A stretch of DNA of 28,623 bases, from positions 1-28,623 of the forward strand of contig JAOUJU010000001.1 of NCBI GenBank assembly GCA_029883045.1. Reading direction: 5' to 3'. The position numbers and the translations under genes were made by a program. This stretch comes from Rhodospirillaceae bacterium (GTDB lineage Bacteria; Pseudomonadota; Alphaproteobacteria; Rhodospirillales; Magnetovibrionaceae). Under the pieces are notes generated by a model that ran no database searches, was not told the origin of the DNA, and saw only the letters and a list, made by a program, of their open reading frames with translations. Within the stretch, counting starts at the first letter, position 1; each line of letters opens with the position of its first letter. Shown in pieces: positions 7,701-15,411 of the stretch.

Positions 7701-7958
7701 TAAAAGCGCCAGTTTTGGGCCGTTCCCGCCCGTTTTTCTCAGTCCTTAAAACGTTTGTAACTTGCTGTATTATATATTGTAATAACGTCCGTCGGTTCCT
7801 TTCGGTTCCTTGGCGCGTTTCTGGAGCCGTTCGTATTTTGGTTCCTCTTTGTGGTGCCCGCCCCTTTTTTGCCTGTTTTACCGATAGAGAGACAGTCGAA
7901 CTAATGTTATTATTACAATCAGTAAACAATAAAACAAGTTTAAAAAAGGGGCCGTATT

Positions 7959-9230
7959 ATGAAGTTTACCGACGCCTATATACGAGGCATTAAACCGACC
8001 GATAAACGTTTCGTTATCACTGAACCGGGGGGGTTATCTGTTCGCGTTTACCCGACCGGCTCGAAAGTCTTTTATTACATTTATAGAGATATTTTTACTA
8101 ACACTAAAAAATACGAGAAAATCGGCGCGGTCGGTATTACCTCGCTCGGCGACGCTCGAAAACAATGTACAGCATTGCGAAACCTTCGCGACCAGGGCGT
8201 ACAAATTAAAAAACAAGCCGCCGGAAAAGCCCCGAGCGGTGCCACGTTCGGCGACCTAGTCGAAGCCTATTTAACCTCACTCGACGAGCGGGGCGCCTCT
8301 TCGGCGGCCGGATATCGAACCGCTTTTACTAATTCGATTTATCCGCTTATCCCGCCGCGAAAGCTTGTAACTCAAGTAACCCCCGACGACGTCGCGAAAG
8401 TAATTTCGCAAAAAATCCAGAAAGGCGCGTTAACCCAAGCAAACCGCACGCGTTCAATGCTGGCCGCCGCGTTCGCTTTTGGCATCAAATACGACCACGA
8501 CCCGAAATACTACGGGCGCGGCGCGGTGTTTAAAATACAGACAAACCCCGTCGAAGTTATCCGAAAACAAACCGACGGCGAGGAAGCGCGAAACCGAGTA
8601 TTAAGCAAACACGAATTAAAATACCATTTTGAAAATATGCCTATTTCAGGTTATGGGACGATACATCGTTTAATGGTACTTTTAGGCGGACAGCGCTATA
8701 TAGATATCGCGTCGGCGAAAGTGGCCGATATCGACCGCGAAAAAAACGTATACGACCCGTCGCGCGCTTCAAAAAAGAACCAGCGCGTTAACGTGTTGCC
8801 GTTGTCGCCCTGGTCGCTTCGAATTATCGACGAATGGTTACGGGTTCGCCGCTCGGACTCTGAATACCTTTTTCCTGCTCGCCCGGACGCCCGCCCGTCG
8901 AAAAACTCTAAGCCGTGGCTAACCGTCGACGGTAGCGCCCGCGCAAAAGCGGCCCTCGTAAAAACCGACCCCGCCGCTAATATAATCGACCCTTATAAAA
9001 TAATGGATTTAAGGCGAACGGTTAAAACGTTTATGGGCGAAGCCGACGACGCGCTCGGGGACGATTACCATATAACGAATGAAAATAAAGACCTTTTACA
9101 AAATCACAATTTAGCGCAAAACGTAAGCGCGAAACATTACGACCGGCATAATTACATAAAACCCAAACGGCAAACGCTCGAAACATGGGAAAAGTTTTTA
9201 ACCGATATCGTTAAAATTAAGCCTTGGTAA
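7959..9230 (+). CDS. int: Tyrosine recombinase/integrase, P4-like with N-terminal arm-binding domain
   Basis: N-terminal GLSVRVYPTGSKVF (Arm-DNA-bind_3-like); GQR, xDLRRT, QNH and HYDRHNY catalytic segments; adjacent to attP. Confidence 0.95.
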   Translation: MKFTDAYIRGIKPTDKRFVITEPGGLSVRVYPTGSKVFYYIYRDIFTNTKKYEKIGAVGITSLGDARKQCTALRNLRDQGVQIKKQAAGKAPSGATFGDLVEAYLTSLDERGASSAAGYRTAFTNSIYPLIPPRKLVTQVTPDDVAKVISQKIQKGALTQANRTRSMLAAAFAFGIKYDHDPKYYGRGAVFKIQTNPVEVIRKQTDGEEARNRVLSKHELKYHFENMPISGYGTIHRLMVLLGGQRYIDIASAKVADIDREKNVYDPSRASKKNQRVNVLPLSPWSLRIIDEWLRVRRSDSEYLFPARPDARPSKNSKPWLTVDGSARAKAALVKTDPAANIIDPYKIMDLRRTVKTFMGEADDALGDDYHITNENKDLLQNHNLAQNVSAKHYDRHNYIKPKRQTLETWEKFLTDIVKIKPW

Positions 9231-9236
9231 AAAAGG

Positions 9237-9256
9237 AAGGGGGCCGACGCCCCCTT
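9237..9256. terminator. Hairpin between the convergent int and alpA genes
   Basis: AAGGGGG-CCGACG-CCCCCTT; U-tracts are weak. Confidence 0.4.
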
Positions 9257-9470
9257 ATATTATCCCGTCGCGTATATACCTATCTATCGCCGACGCCGGC
9301 CATAACCCGCCCCCGCTCGGATGTTGCGCGGGAAACTTCCCAAGCTTTAAAAGTCTATATATTTTAGTCCGTTTAAAACCGACTAAAAACTCGACCTCGT
9401 CGATATGTAAATTACGATCAATACCGCCCGGCGTCGAAACCGTCGTCGCGGTCGTCTCTGAATTGTTCAA
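9255..9470 (-). CDS. AlpA-family regulator / excisionase
   Basis: LHIDEVEFLVGFKRTKIYRLLKLGKFP...LW pattern; GGAGG SD before the TTG start. Confidence 0.85.
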   Translation of the reverse strand: MNNSETTATTVSTPGGIDRNLHIDEVEFLVGFKRTKIYRLLKLGKFPAQHPSGGGLWPASAIDRYIRDGII

Positions 9471-9526
9471 CGTTAAACCTCCCGATAATATTAATTATCC
9501 GTCGGCTTCCCTTCCCACTTTAACGA

Positions 9527-9925
9527 CTACAAGTTACACCATTTATTTTTATTATTCGGTTTATATGGTCGCGCGACTTGCGCGGCGGTCAATATATCCG
9601 CCAGCGATTGCCCTTTTATGAATACGTCGGCAACAAAACGCCCCCCGAAACTACCTTGTTTAACATTGTCGATAGTAACGCCGCCGCCTTTCAGGGCTTC
9701 CCCCGTCAGGCGGGCCGCTACTTTCGCCGCCGTTCGTTCGCATAAATCCCGCGCCCTTAGTTCGGGCGTGTCGATAGCATTTACGCGAACCTTAATAACC
9801 ATTTCAACGCCCGGCCATACAAACGCGCGCGCTTCGAACGTGTCGCCGTCTATAACGCGCATTACTTCAACGTTGAACGGCCCGTAATGATTGCCCCCGC
9901 TCGACGCGGTGACGCTGAAAAACAA
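9527..9925 (-). CDS. Thermonuclease (SNase-like) family nuclease
   Basis: RVIDGDTF, VRVNAIDTPE and FGGRFVADV. The start is uncertain (see findings). Confidence 0.9.
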   Translation of the reverse strand: MFFSVTASSGGNHYGPFNVEVMRVIDGDTFEARAFVWPGVEMVIKVRVNAIDTPELRARDLCERTAAKVAARLTGEALKGGGVTIDNVKQGSFGGRFVADVFIKGQSLADILTAAQVARPYKPNNKNKWCNL

Positions 9926-9942
9926 AAGCGCAACCGCGCCGA

Positions 9943-10248
9943 CTAATCTATAACGTTTAATAATAAAAACTCATGAACCTCTTTTGATATGACGCCGCGC
10001 AATGATTGCGCCCCGGCATATTCACGCGCTAACGCGGTTAAACGATTTACGAAAGCCGCCGTTACATGGCCTTTTATATCCGCGTCCTTTAAAGGGCATT
10101 CGATAGGTATTGACCACGTCGCCGGAGTCGTCGAAAAGTGCGGGCATGGCGGCAACGCGTATACCTGGCAGTCTTCGCAGCTATTTAAAATATATTTTTT
10201 TCGCCTTATCGTATTTATTTTAACTTGCCTCGCCCTATACGCCGACAA
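9943..10248 (-). CDS. Hypothetical protein with Cys cluster
   Basis: CEDC..YALPPCPH...CPL may bind metal; sits in the early leftward block. Confidence 0.55.
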   Translation of the reverse strand: MSAYRARQVKINTIRRKKYILNSCEDCQVYALPPCPHFSTTPATWSIPIECPLKDADIKGHVTAAFVNRLTALAREYAGAQSLRGVISKEVHEFLLLNVID

Positions 10249-10600
10249 GCAACGGCGACGGCTTCGGTATTATCGCCGAAATAGGCCGCCACAAGTGCAA
10301 GCAGTGCGGGTGCGTGTTGACATACTCGGGGCGCGCGGGGTGAAACTGTATAACTGTGTCGGTATCATCCCAAAATAAATTTTTTATAAAGCACATTTCG
10401 GCCCAGTCCGGGCAACGGCCGACATTGTGAACAGTTATACTGACATGCTCCCAGTCCATACCGTCGGACGCGATACAAAATAGTCCGTATTCAGTGGTCA
10501 GCAGTCGATACGGTATTAGAAACGCGCCGTTATTACCCTGCATAATATCCGACCCCATTAAACCAGTGCGTATTCTGTAATCGTTCGGTACTTTAAACAA
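10235..10600 (-). CDS. Conserved phage protein (WEHVS...P.W.EMC...YVN.HP.CLHLW family, DUF7694-like)
   Basis: Motif string recognised from memory; not database-verified. Confidence 0.7.
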   Translation of the reverse strand: MFKVPNDYRIRTGLMGSDIMQGNNGAFLIPYRLLTTEYGLFCIASDGMDWEHVSITVHNVGRCPDWAEMCFIKNLFWDDTDTVIQFHPARPEYVNTHPHCLHLWRPISAIIPKPSPLLVGV

Positions 10601-10784
10601 TGTCGCCCCCTTGTAAATATTTTAGCTGATATGAAATTTTACTTTTTGTATTCTTATTTTACTAAATGTACTTTAGTTAGCAACAATAAGTAAACTAATA
10701 TTTTAATAATTAGTATAAGTTTTTATTAAAAAAATGACTGAAAGGAGGTATTATTACTACTAAAGAAAACGGAAGTAATAAGAA

Positions 10785-11000
10785 ATGGACAAGATAAAAG
10801 CGGCGGTAAGCTTGGCAGTAAATAAGATAATGGATAAACAGCGAACGCGCCTCGCCATTATTTCGGCGGCGGTGGTTATTGTGTTAGTAATTACGGGGGT
10901 TTTGGTCGGTATGTCTTATATAGTCGACAAAGCCGAAGCGCGATTATATAACAAAATAACAGAATCTATTATATCCGACACCGCCCGACACAAACATTAA
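10785..11000 (+). CDS. Single-TM membrane protein
   Basis: Hydrophobic stretch LAIISAAVVIVLVITGVLVGMSYIV; has its own AT-rich upstream region. Confidence 0.6.
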   Translation: MDKIKAAVSLAVNKIMDKQRTRLAIISAAVVIVLVITGVLVGMSYIVDKAEARLYNKITESIISDTARHKH

Positions 11001-11437
11001 GCAGGCTTCGAAAGTATGTAATTTATTATATTTCGGGTCGGTTGCGGGTTTTTAGTATGCCGCCCGTAAAGCTCGGCGGCCATTGTCGCGACTAAGTCGG
11101 GGGTTATTTCTATTTTTAGTCCGGCCGCCTCTTCAAATAATAGCGTTACTATTTCGCGTAACGTCTCTTCGTCGGGCGTATCGTTAAAACCGTCGTCGCC
11201 TTCATTAAAGGCGGCGCCCTCGCCTAATATCAACCACGCGCGCCGAACCCCCGTCGCGTCGGCGATTCTTTTTAACGATCGTAAGCTTATATCCCCGTCG
11301 CACCATGACCGCGCCGTTTTTGGCGTTACCCCGAAGTCGTCCGCGATTGCCACGAAACGGCCCCGCCCTGGGGGGTATTTCAAGTCGAACGCCTTATTTA
11401 TGCGCGCAATCAGTTTTTTATTTTCCATTTCTACCAT
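10997..11437 (-). CDS. CI-like immunity repressor (HTH, no S24 peptidase domain)
   Basis: IADDFGVTPKTARSW...IADATGVRRAWLILGEG; divergent from cro. Confidence 0.85.
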   Translation of the reverse strand: MVEMENKKLIARINKAFDLKYPPGRGRFVAIADDFGVTPKTARSWCDGDISLRSLKRIADATGVRRAWLILGEGAAFNEGDDGFNDTPDEETLREIVTLLFEEAAGLKIEITPDLVATMAAELYGRHTKNPQPTRNIINYILSKPA

Positions 11438-11719
11438 AACTTTATAAAGACCCTCTCGCGATATTGTCGGCCTGATTAAAAAGCGCTTAATATACTTTTA
11501 CTATTTCCTATAATAACGATTATACAACTATAAATCTGTAATGTTTTGTCCTTCGATCTTACGTTTAAATCGAATTTTCTGTAACTGAATGTAAATTCTA
11601 GTTATTTCTTAGACTAATTCAAGTTTCCCGCGCGGTGCCTATAAAGCCGAAACAGTCCCCGTTAGTACCTTTCCGTTTTTTCTCGGCTTTCACTCTTTCT
11701 TTTCCCTTTTATAACAAGT

Positions 11720-11781
11720 ATTTACAAACGGTTAAACGGCGCGTAAATATTATACTTTAAGTAAATTTACAAAGGTTAAAC
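11720..11781 (+). promoter_or_regulatory. Candidate operator/PR region
   Basis: Direct repeat ATTTACAAA(C)GGTTAAAC at 11720-11737 and 11765-11781; palindrome GTAAATTTAC at 11761-11770. Confidence 0.5.
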
Positions 11782-12051
11782 ATGACAAATCAAAACCTGT
11801 TAGCGCCCGCGAGCAATCCAGTCGCCCGCGCCGTTAAAAATATTAAAGGCGGTTATTCTGGTATCGCCCGGCTATGCGGTGTAACCCCGGCAGCGGTTAT
11901 GCGGTGGGCGTCGTCGGGTATGCCGCGCACTGAATCGACCGGCGAAACAAATTACAGTGTATTAATAGCCGCCGCCCTACCTGGGATTGTATCCGAGCAG
12001 GAATTACGCGAAAGCCGCCGATTAATCAAACTCGCATTAAAGGCCGGTTAA
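11782..12051 (+). CDS. Cro-like (YdaS-type) regulator
   Basis: GGYSGIARLCGVTPAAVMRW HTH followed by MPRTESTGETNY. Confidence 0.85.
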   Translation: MTNQNLLAPASNPVARAVKNIKGGYSGIARLCGVTPAAVMRWASSGMPRTESTGETNYSVLIAAALPGIVSEQELRESRRLIKLALKAG

Positions 12052-12908
12052 TGGCGCGTAAACGCATGATAGACCCGAATTACTGGGCGTCGTCGGAAAT
12101 TACCGGCCTTAGCCTGGGCGCGCGGTTGCTTTTTATTGGCTTTTGGAACTTTGCGGACGACGGCGGAGTAATGCCAGCGGATACCAAACGCTTAAAGCTT
12201 CGCGTATGGCCCGACGGCGAATTCAACTTACGCGATGTTATGCTGCAAATCGAAGAGTTATTAAAAGCGGGTTTAATTGTCGAGTATATCGCGAACGATT
12301 CGCGCATGTACTGGCAGGCGGTTAACTGGGCGGTCTATCAGAAAATCGACCGCCCCCGCTTTCAATACCCGCCGGCCGATAGCGACTGTACTTTCGACCC
12401 GCGCGGCTTACTCGACAGGAACAAAACCGCCGACCTTTTCGGCAAGCTAAAAGCTCGGCTCGATGATATTTCGACGAATAGTCGTCGAGCGCTCGACCCT
12501 AATAGAAAAGAAGAGAAAAGAAAGGAAGTAAAAATAAAAGAAATTAACAAGAATAAGAACAATAGCCCCGGCGACGGTTCCCCGATAGCGTTAAAAATCC
12601 CACTAAAAGACGGTACCGACTACGACATAACCGCCGATATGGTCGCCGAATGGGTTAGAACGTTTCCCGCCGTCGATGTTAGGCAGCAATTATCAGCGTT
12701 ACGCGAGTGGAATATAGCTACCGCGCAAATCGACAGAAAAAGCCGCCCTTTTATTTTACGACACGTTATTACCTGGCTTAGCAAACATCAAGACACCGCC
12801 CGCCGTGATGAAATAACCGCGACACGGGATAGTATCGACGCGATTAATAGGCGGTTGTATTCGGATTTAGACGAAATCGACGACCCTTTCAAAGTTAAAG
12901 GGGGTTAA
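12051..12908 (+). CDS. Phage replication initiator (O-like/replisome organiser)
   Basis: N-terminus MAR.RMI.P.YW...RLLFIGFWNFADDGG, a Lys/Glu-rich linker, and position directly after cro. Confidence 0.8.
   Translation: MARKRMIDPNYWASSEITGLSLGARLLFIGFWNFADDGGVMPADTKRLKLRVWPDGEFNLRDVMLQIEELLKAGLIVEYIANDSRMYWQAVNWAVYQKIDRPRFQYPPADSDCTFDPRGLLDRNKTADLFGKLKARLDDISTNSRRALDPNRKEEKRKEVKIKEINKNKNNSPGDGSPIALKIPLKDGTDYDITADMVAEWVRTFPAVDVRQQLSALREWNIATAQIDRKSRPFILRHVITWLSKHQDTARRDEITATRDSIDAINRRLYSDLDEIDDPFKVKGG
12471..12565. other. Possible replication origin inside the initiator gene
   Basis: Inverted repeat TCGACGA-ATAG-TCGTCGA followed by an A-rich purine tract; no clear iteron array. Confidence 0.25.
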
Positions 12909-13310
12909 GTGGACGAATGGACGCCCGCTAAATTCCGCCTTTTTTGGCGCCGAATGGGTGAATTATACGGCCGCGCCTGGTATGCAAAACACGGTAGCGG
13001 GTTAGCAATGGACGGAACGATTACTAATAAGGAATGGTACGAAATGATTACAGGGTTAACAGTTGAACAAACAAAAAAAGCGCTCGATAAATGCCGCGCC
13101 GCTAACGAAACGGCCCCGCCGAGCGCTTTAACATTCCGCGCGCGCGCGAAACTCCCGTCGTTAACTGGATACGATCGCCCTAAACCCCGACCGCGTACAG
13201 AGTCGCAAAAGCGCGAAGCTAAAACCGCCGTCGAAAAAATGAAAGAAATATTAATAAATGCCAAAACTAAGACCCCGAACTATAGCGGCGCGCTATATAG
13301 AGACGAATAA
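12909..13310 (+). CDS. Lambda P-like replication protein (helicase loader candidate)
   Basis: FW.RM..LYG..W...HG...W...I.GLT.EQ....L..C...PPS...F pattern; directly follows the initiator. Confidence 0.6.
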   Translation: MDEWTPAKFRLFWRRMGELYGRAWYAKHGSGLAMDGTITNKEWYEMITGLTVEQTKKALDKCRAANETAPPSALTFRARAKLPSLTGYDRPKPRPRTESQKREAKTAVEKMKEILINAKTKTPNYSGALYRDE

Positions 13311-13431
13311 TAAAGAGCAACTAATTCAGGATTGCAACGAGTGGGCAAACTCTAAACAGGTTTATAAATGGGTAAAAATTTACATAGACGGATATATACG
13401 CCGCGCAAACAAAAACGAGGATGGAAAATAG
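13258..13431 (+). CDS. Small hypothetical protein (57 aa, not in ORF track)
   Basis: Open frame MPKLRPRTIAARYIE...DGK fills the otherwise empty 13310-13421 gap. Confidence 0.45.
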   Translation: MPKLRPRTIAARYIETNNKEQLIQDCNEWANSKQVYKWVKIYIDGYIRRANKNEDGK

Positions 13432-13663
13432 AATGTATACGGATTTATTAATACAGTTTGTTGTGATTTTAGGCGCTATAGCGGTGGTTTTCAAAATCGG
13501 GCGCGACTATGAGCGTTTTAAATTTGCTTCAGTTCTTACAAAAACCGGGGGAAGCGTCGTTATTCGTACCCCTGGCGGTGTATATGCGGTGGTAAAGCTA
13601 AGCAACAAAGATATAGATGACTTGGACGCGAAAAATAGTAAGGCGGTGTCGAATGAGCGATAA
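13421..13663 (+). CDS. Small membrane-anchored hypothetical protein
   Basis: N-terminal TM helix LLIQFVVILGAIAVVF. Confidence 0.6.
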   Translation: MENRMYTDLLIQFVVILGAIAVVFKIGRDYERFKFASVLTKTGGSVVIRTPGGVYAVVKLSNKDIDDLDAKNSKAVSNER

Positions 13664-13919
13664 AGTTTTCGAGGAACACCGGCTAAAAATGAAAGAATTA
13701 AACGACGCCCTAAAAGCGTTCGATTTTTTCTACGAGTACGCCGACGACCCCGAAGAGGTTATACGCGGTAAGGTAAAAGCCCGTTATATAGCTAATTTGG
13801 TTAAGCGGTGCGGTCAAGACGGCGACCGCCTATACCGCGCGCATAAAGACACAGTTTTTTATCCTGGTAACGGTTTCGCGTATAAATACGGCGTCGCCTA
13901 CGAAACCTTATGTATTTAA
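13653..13919 (+). CDS. Hypothetical protein
   Basis: In-frame ATG 13653 with an AAGGCGG SD preferred over the track start at 13617. Confidence 0.6.
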   Translation: MSDKVFEEHRLKMKELNDALKAFDFFYEYADDPEEVIRGKVKARYIANLVKRCGQDGDRLYRAHKDTVFYPGNGFAYKYGVAYETLCI

Positions 13920-14200
13920 AACAAAAGGCGTTTAGATCGCCGAAATATATACGTTACGTAAAAAGTTTGGTTTGTGTCTATTGCGGTGCGCCTGCTGATG
14001 ACCCTCACCACGGAATCGGGCTTAAACTTGGCGGAATGGGACTAACCGCCCCCGACTGGGCCGCTATACCGGTTTGTCGTGGTTGTCATTCTAAATTACA
14101 TATAACCCCGGAGTTATGGCCGGGACAGTGGGAACATATCGCCCGCACTATCGCCGGCGCTATCGACTTGGGTATTTTAACAATAAGTAAGGGCGGATAA
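13910..14200 (+). CDS. DUF968-like Zn-binding nin-region protein
   Basis: RSPKY..YVK.L.CxxC...DDPHH.IG...GGMG....D...IP.CxxCH..LH. Confidence 0.8.
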   Translation: MYLKQKAFRSPKYIRYVKSLVCVYCGAPADDPHHGIGLKLGGMGLTAPDWAAIPVCRGCHSKLHITPELWPGQWEHIARTIAGAIDLGILTISKGG

Positions 14201-14395
14201 ATGCTAGTTTTACAGCGGCGAGAAAACGAAGTTATTAGAATCGGCGACGATATAACAATTACGATAGTCGATATTGACAGATACGGAAAAAAAGTACGAT
14301 TAGGAATCGACGCGCCGGGCGAAATATCGGTACATCGCGAAGAGGTATACCGGCGAATCGAAGCGGCGAAAGGTAACGGTAATATAAAATGTTAA
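14201..14395 (+). CDS. csrA: Carbon storage regulator CsrA/RsmA homolog
   Basis: MLVLQRR.NE.I.IGDDI...[18 protein letters not shown]. Confidence 0.92.
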   Translation: MLVLQRRENEVIRIGDDITITIVDIDRYGKKVRLGIDAPGEISVHREEVYRRIEAAKGNGNIKC

Positions 14396-14526
14396 ATGCG
14401 GCGTGTATTGTATCCCTTTTGGTAACTATGGCGGTGGTGTGTGTCCTTGCGATTGCATTGGTTTTTATCGTCGGCGAAAGTCGAGCAAATAATAGAAAGC
14501 CCGAAAACATTAAAAGCAACGATTAA
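14389..14526 (+). CDS. Small single-TM protein (45 aa, not in ORF track)
   Basis: [32 protein letters not shown]...; start overlaps the csrA stop region. Confidence 0.45.
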   Translation: MLNAACIVSLLVTMAVVCVLAIALVFIVGESRANNRKPENIKSND

Positions 14527-14875
14527 CGAGGCCGTCCCCCTGCTAAATGTATGGCAGCGATTACACTTTAAAGCTAAAGCGCAAAAACTAAGGCTTTACG
14601 CCTGGGAACTTCGCGCCCATATACCGAAGGGCGACGCCTTGCAGCGGTGCGCGGTGTTAATTGTGAGACATAGCGCCGCCCAGGTACCGCCAGACGACGA
14701 TAATTTAATAGCTAAGCCTATCCTTGATTGTTTAGTCGAGCCGAGTAAACGGAACCCGTATGGCGTCGGCGTCATTAAAGACGACAGCCCTAAATATTTA
14801 CAAGGTGTCGCGGTGTTATCAGCGCGGTGCGGTGCGAAAAAAGATAAAACGGAGGTTTATATTTTACCGTTATGA
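14441..14875 (+). CDS. RusA-like Holliday junction resolvase
   Basis: PDDDNLIAKPILDCL and GVIKDDS acidic motifs; start uncertain. Confidence 0.7.
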   Translation: MSLRLHWFLSSAKVEQIIESPKTLKATINEAVPLLNVWQRLHFKAKAQKLRLYAWELRAHIPKGDALQRCAVLIVRHSAAQVPPDDDNLIAKPILDCLVEPSKRNPYGVGVIKDDSPKYLQGVAVLSARCGAKKDKTEVYILPL

Positions 14876-15228
14876 TTATTCCATTTTGTGAAATAGAGTT
14901 AGATAACTGGGGGTCGTGGGTTCGACACGATGAAAGATTAGGTTACAGGTCGGTAACGTTTGAAGGCTTGTTGATGAAATACGGGCAAGTAATACGGGGG
15001 ACGAACCATAAAGAACCGGAAAACCCCCGCGCCGAAGTTATCGACAGGCTTATCCGAAAACTGATACCGGTTTATCGAAACGTTTTAATATTAAAATATA
15101 TTTTCGGTTATTTTGATTACGAAATCGCGCGCATTATTAAAGTAAGTCGTAAAACTATCTCGGGCTATGTCGAAAATGCACACCATTACATATATGGAGC
15201 GTTAACAGGCAACGCCGCAACCGCTTAA
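14872..15228 (+). CDS. Late antiterminator Q-like protein
   Basis: LDNWGSWVR N-terminus and C-terminal sigma-4-like HTH (DYEIARIIKVSRKTI); followed by a promoter-terminator pair. Confidence 0.75.
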   Translation: MIIPFCEIELDNWGSWVRHDERLGYRSVTFEGLLMKYGQVIRGTNHKEPENPRAEVIDRLIRKLIPVYRNVLILKYIFGYFDYEIARIIKVSRKTISGYVENAHHYIYGALTGNAATA

Positions 15229-15271
15229 ACAAATAGTAATAGGTTCCACGGGGAACCTATTACTATTTGTT
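15228..15271. repeat. Perfect 20-bp inverted repeat with 4-nt spacer
   Basis: AACAAATAGTAATAGGTTCC-ACGG-GGAACCTATTACTATTTGTT. Confidence 0.9.
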
Positions 15272-15275
15272 GCGG

Positions 15276-15304
15276 TTGCGTGTACTCATAAAACGCGCTA
15301 TATT
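15276..15304 (+). promoter_or_regulatory. Late promoter (PR'-like)
   Basis: TTGCGT-17 bp-TATATT directly downstream of Q. Confidence 0.6.
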
Positions 15305-15367
15305 GTTTATCGTGGCATTCGTGCCCCTACGGTTTACCCCTGTAAGTATCCTTATTCGATTAATGAA

Positions 15368-15401
15368 TAAACCGCCCCTTTAATAGAGGCGGTTTTTTTT
15401 T
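15368..15401 (+). terminator. tR'-like intrinsic terminator
   Basis: ACCGCC...GGCGGT stem followed by a T9 run. Confidence 0.8.
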
Positions 15402-15411
15402 GGGCTAAAAA

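Larger units (their letters stand above)
7579..7859. repeat. Integrase arm-type repeats TTGTGGTGCCC
   Basis: Exact 11-mers at 7588-7598 (+), 7615-7625 (-) and 7849-7859 (+), plus a degenerate GGGTGCCC at 7579-7586; they flank the att core. Confidence 0.7.

Noticed and set aside
7648-7993. ORFs 7648..7929 (-) and 7715..7993 (+)
   Set aside because: They overlap the att core/arms and the integrase start and have no protein-like motifs.
7321-11770. Shared AGTAAA/ACTTT operator across regulatory regions 7326, 10640-10695 and 11750-11770
   Set aside because: Short AT-rich words with inconsistent spacing; indistinguishable from chance without motif statistics.
12051-12908. Lambda-style iteron array in the initiator gene
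   Set aside because: No set of four or more long direct repeats found; only one short inverted repeat and an A-rich coding tract.
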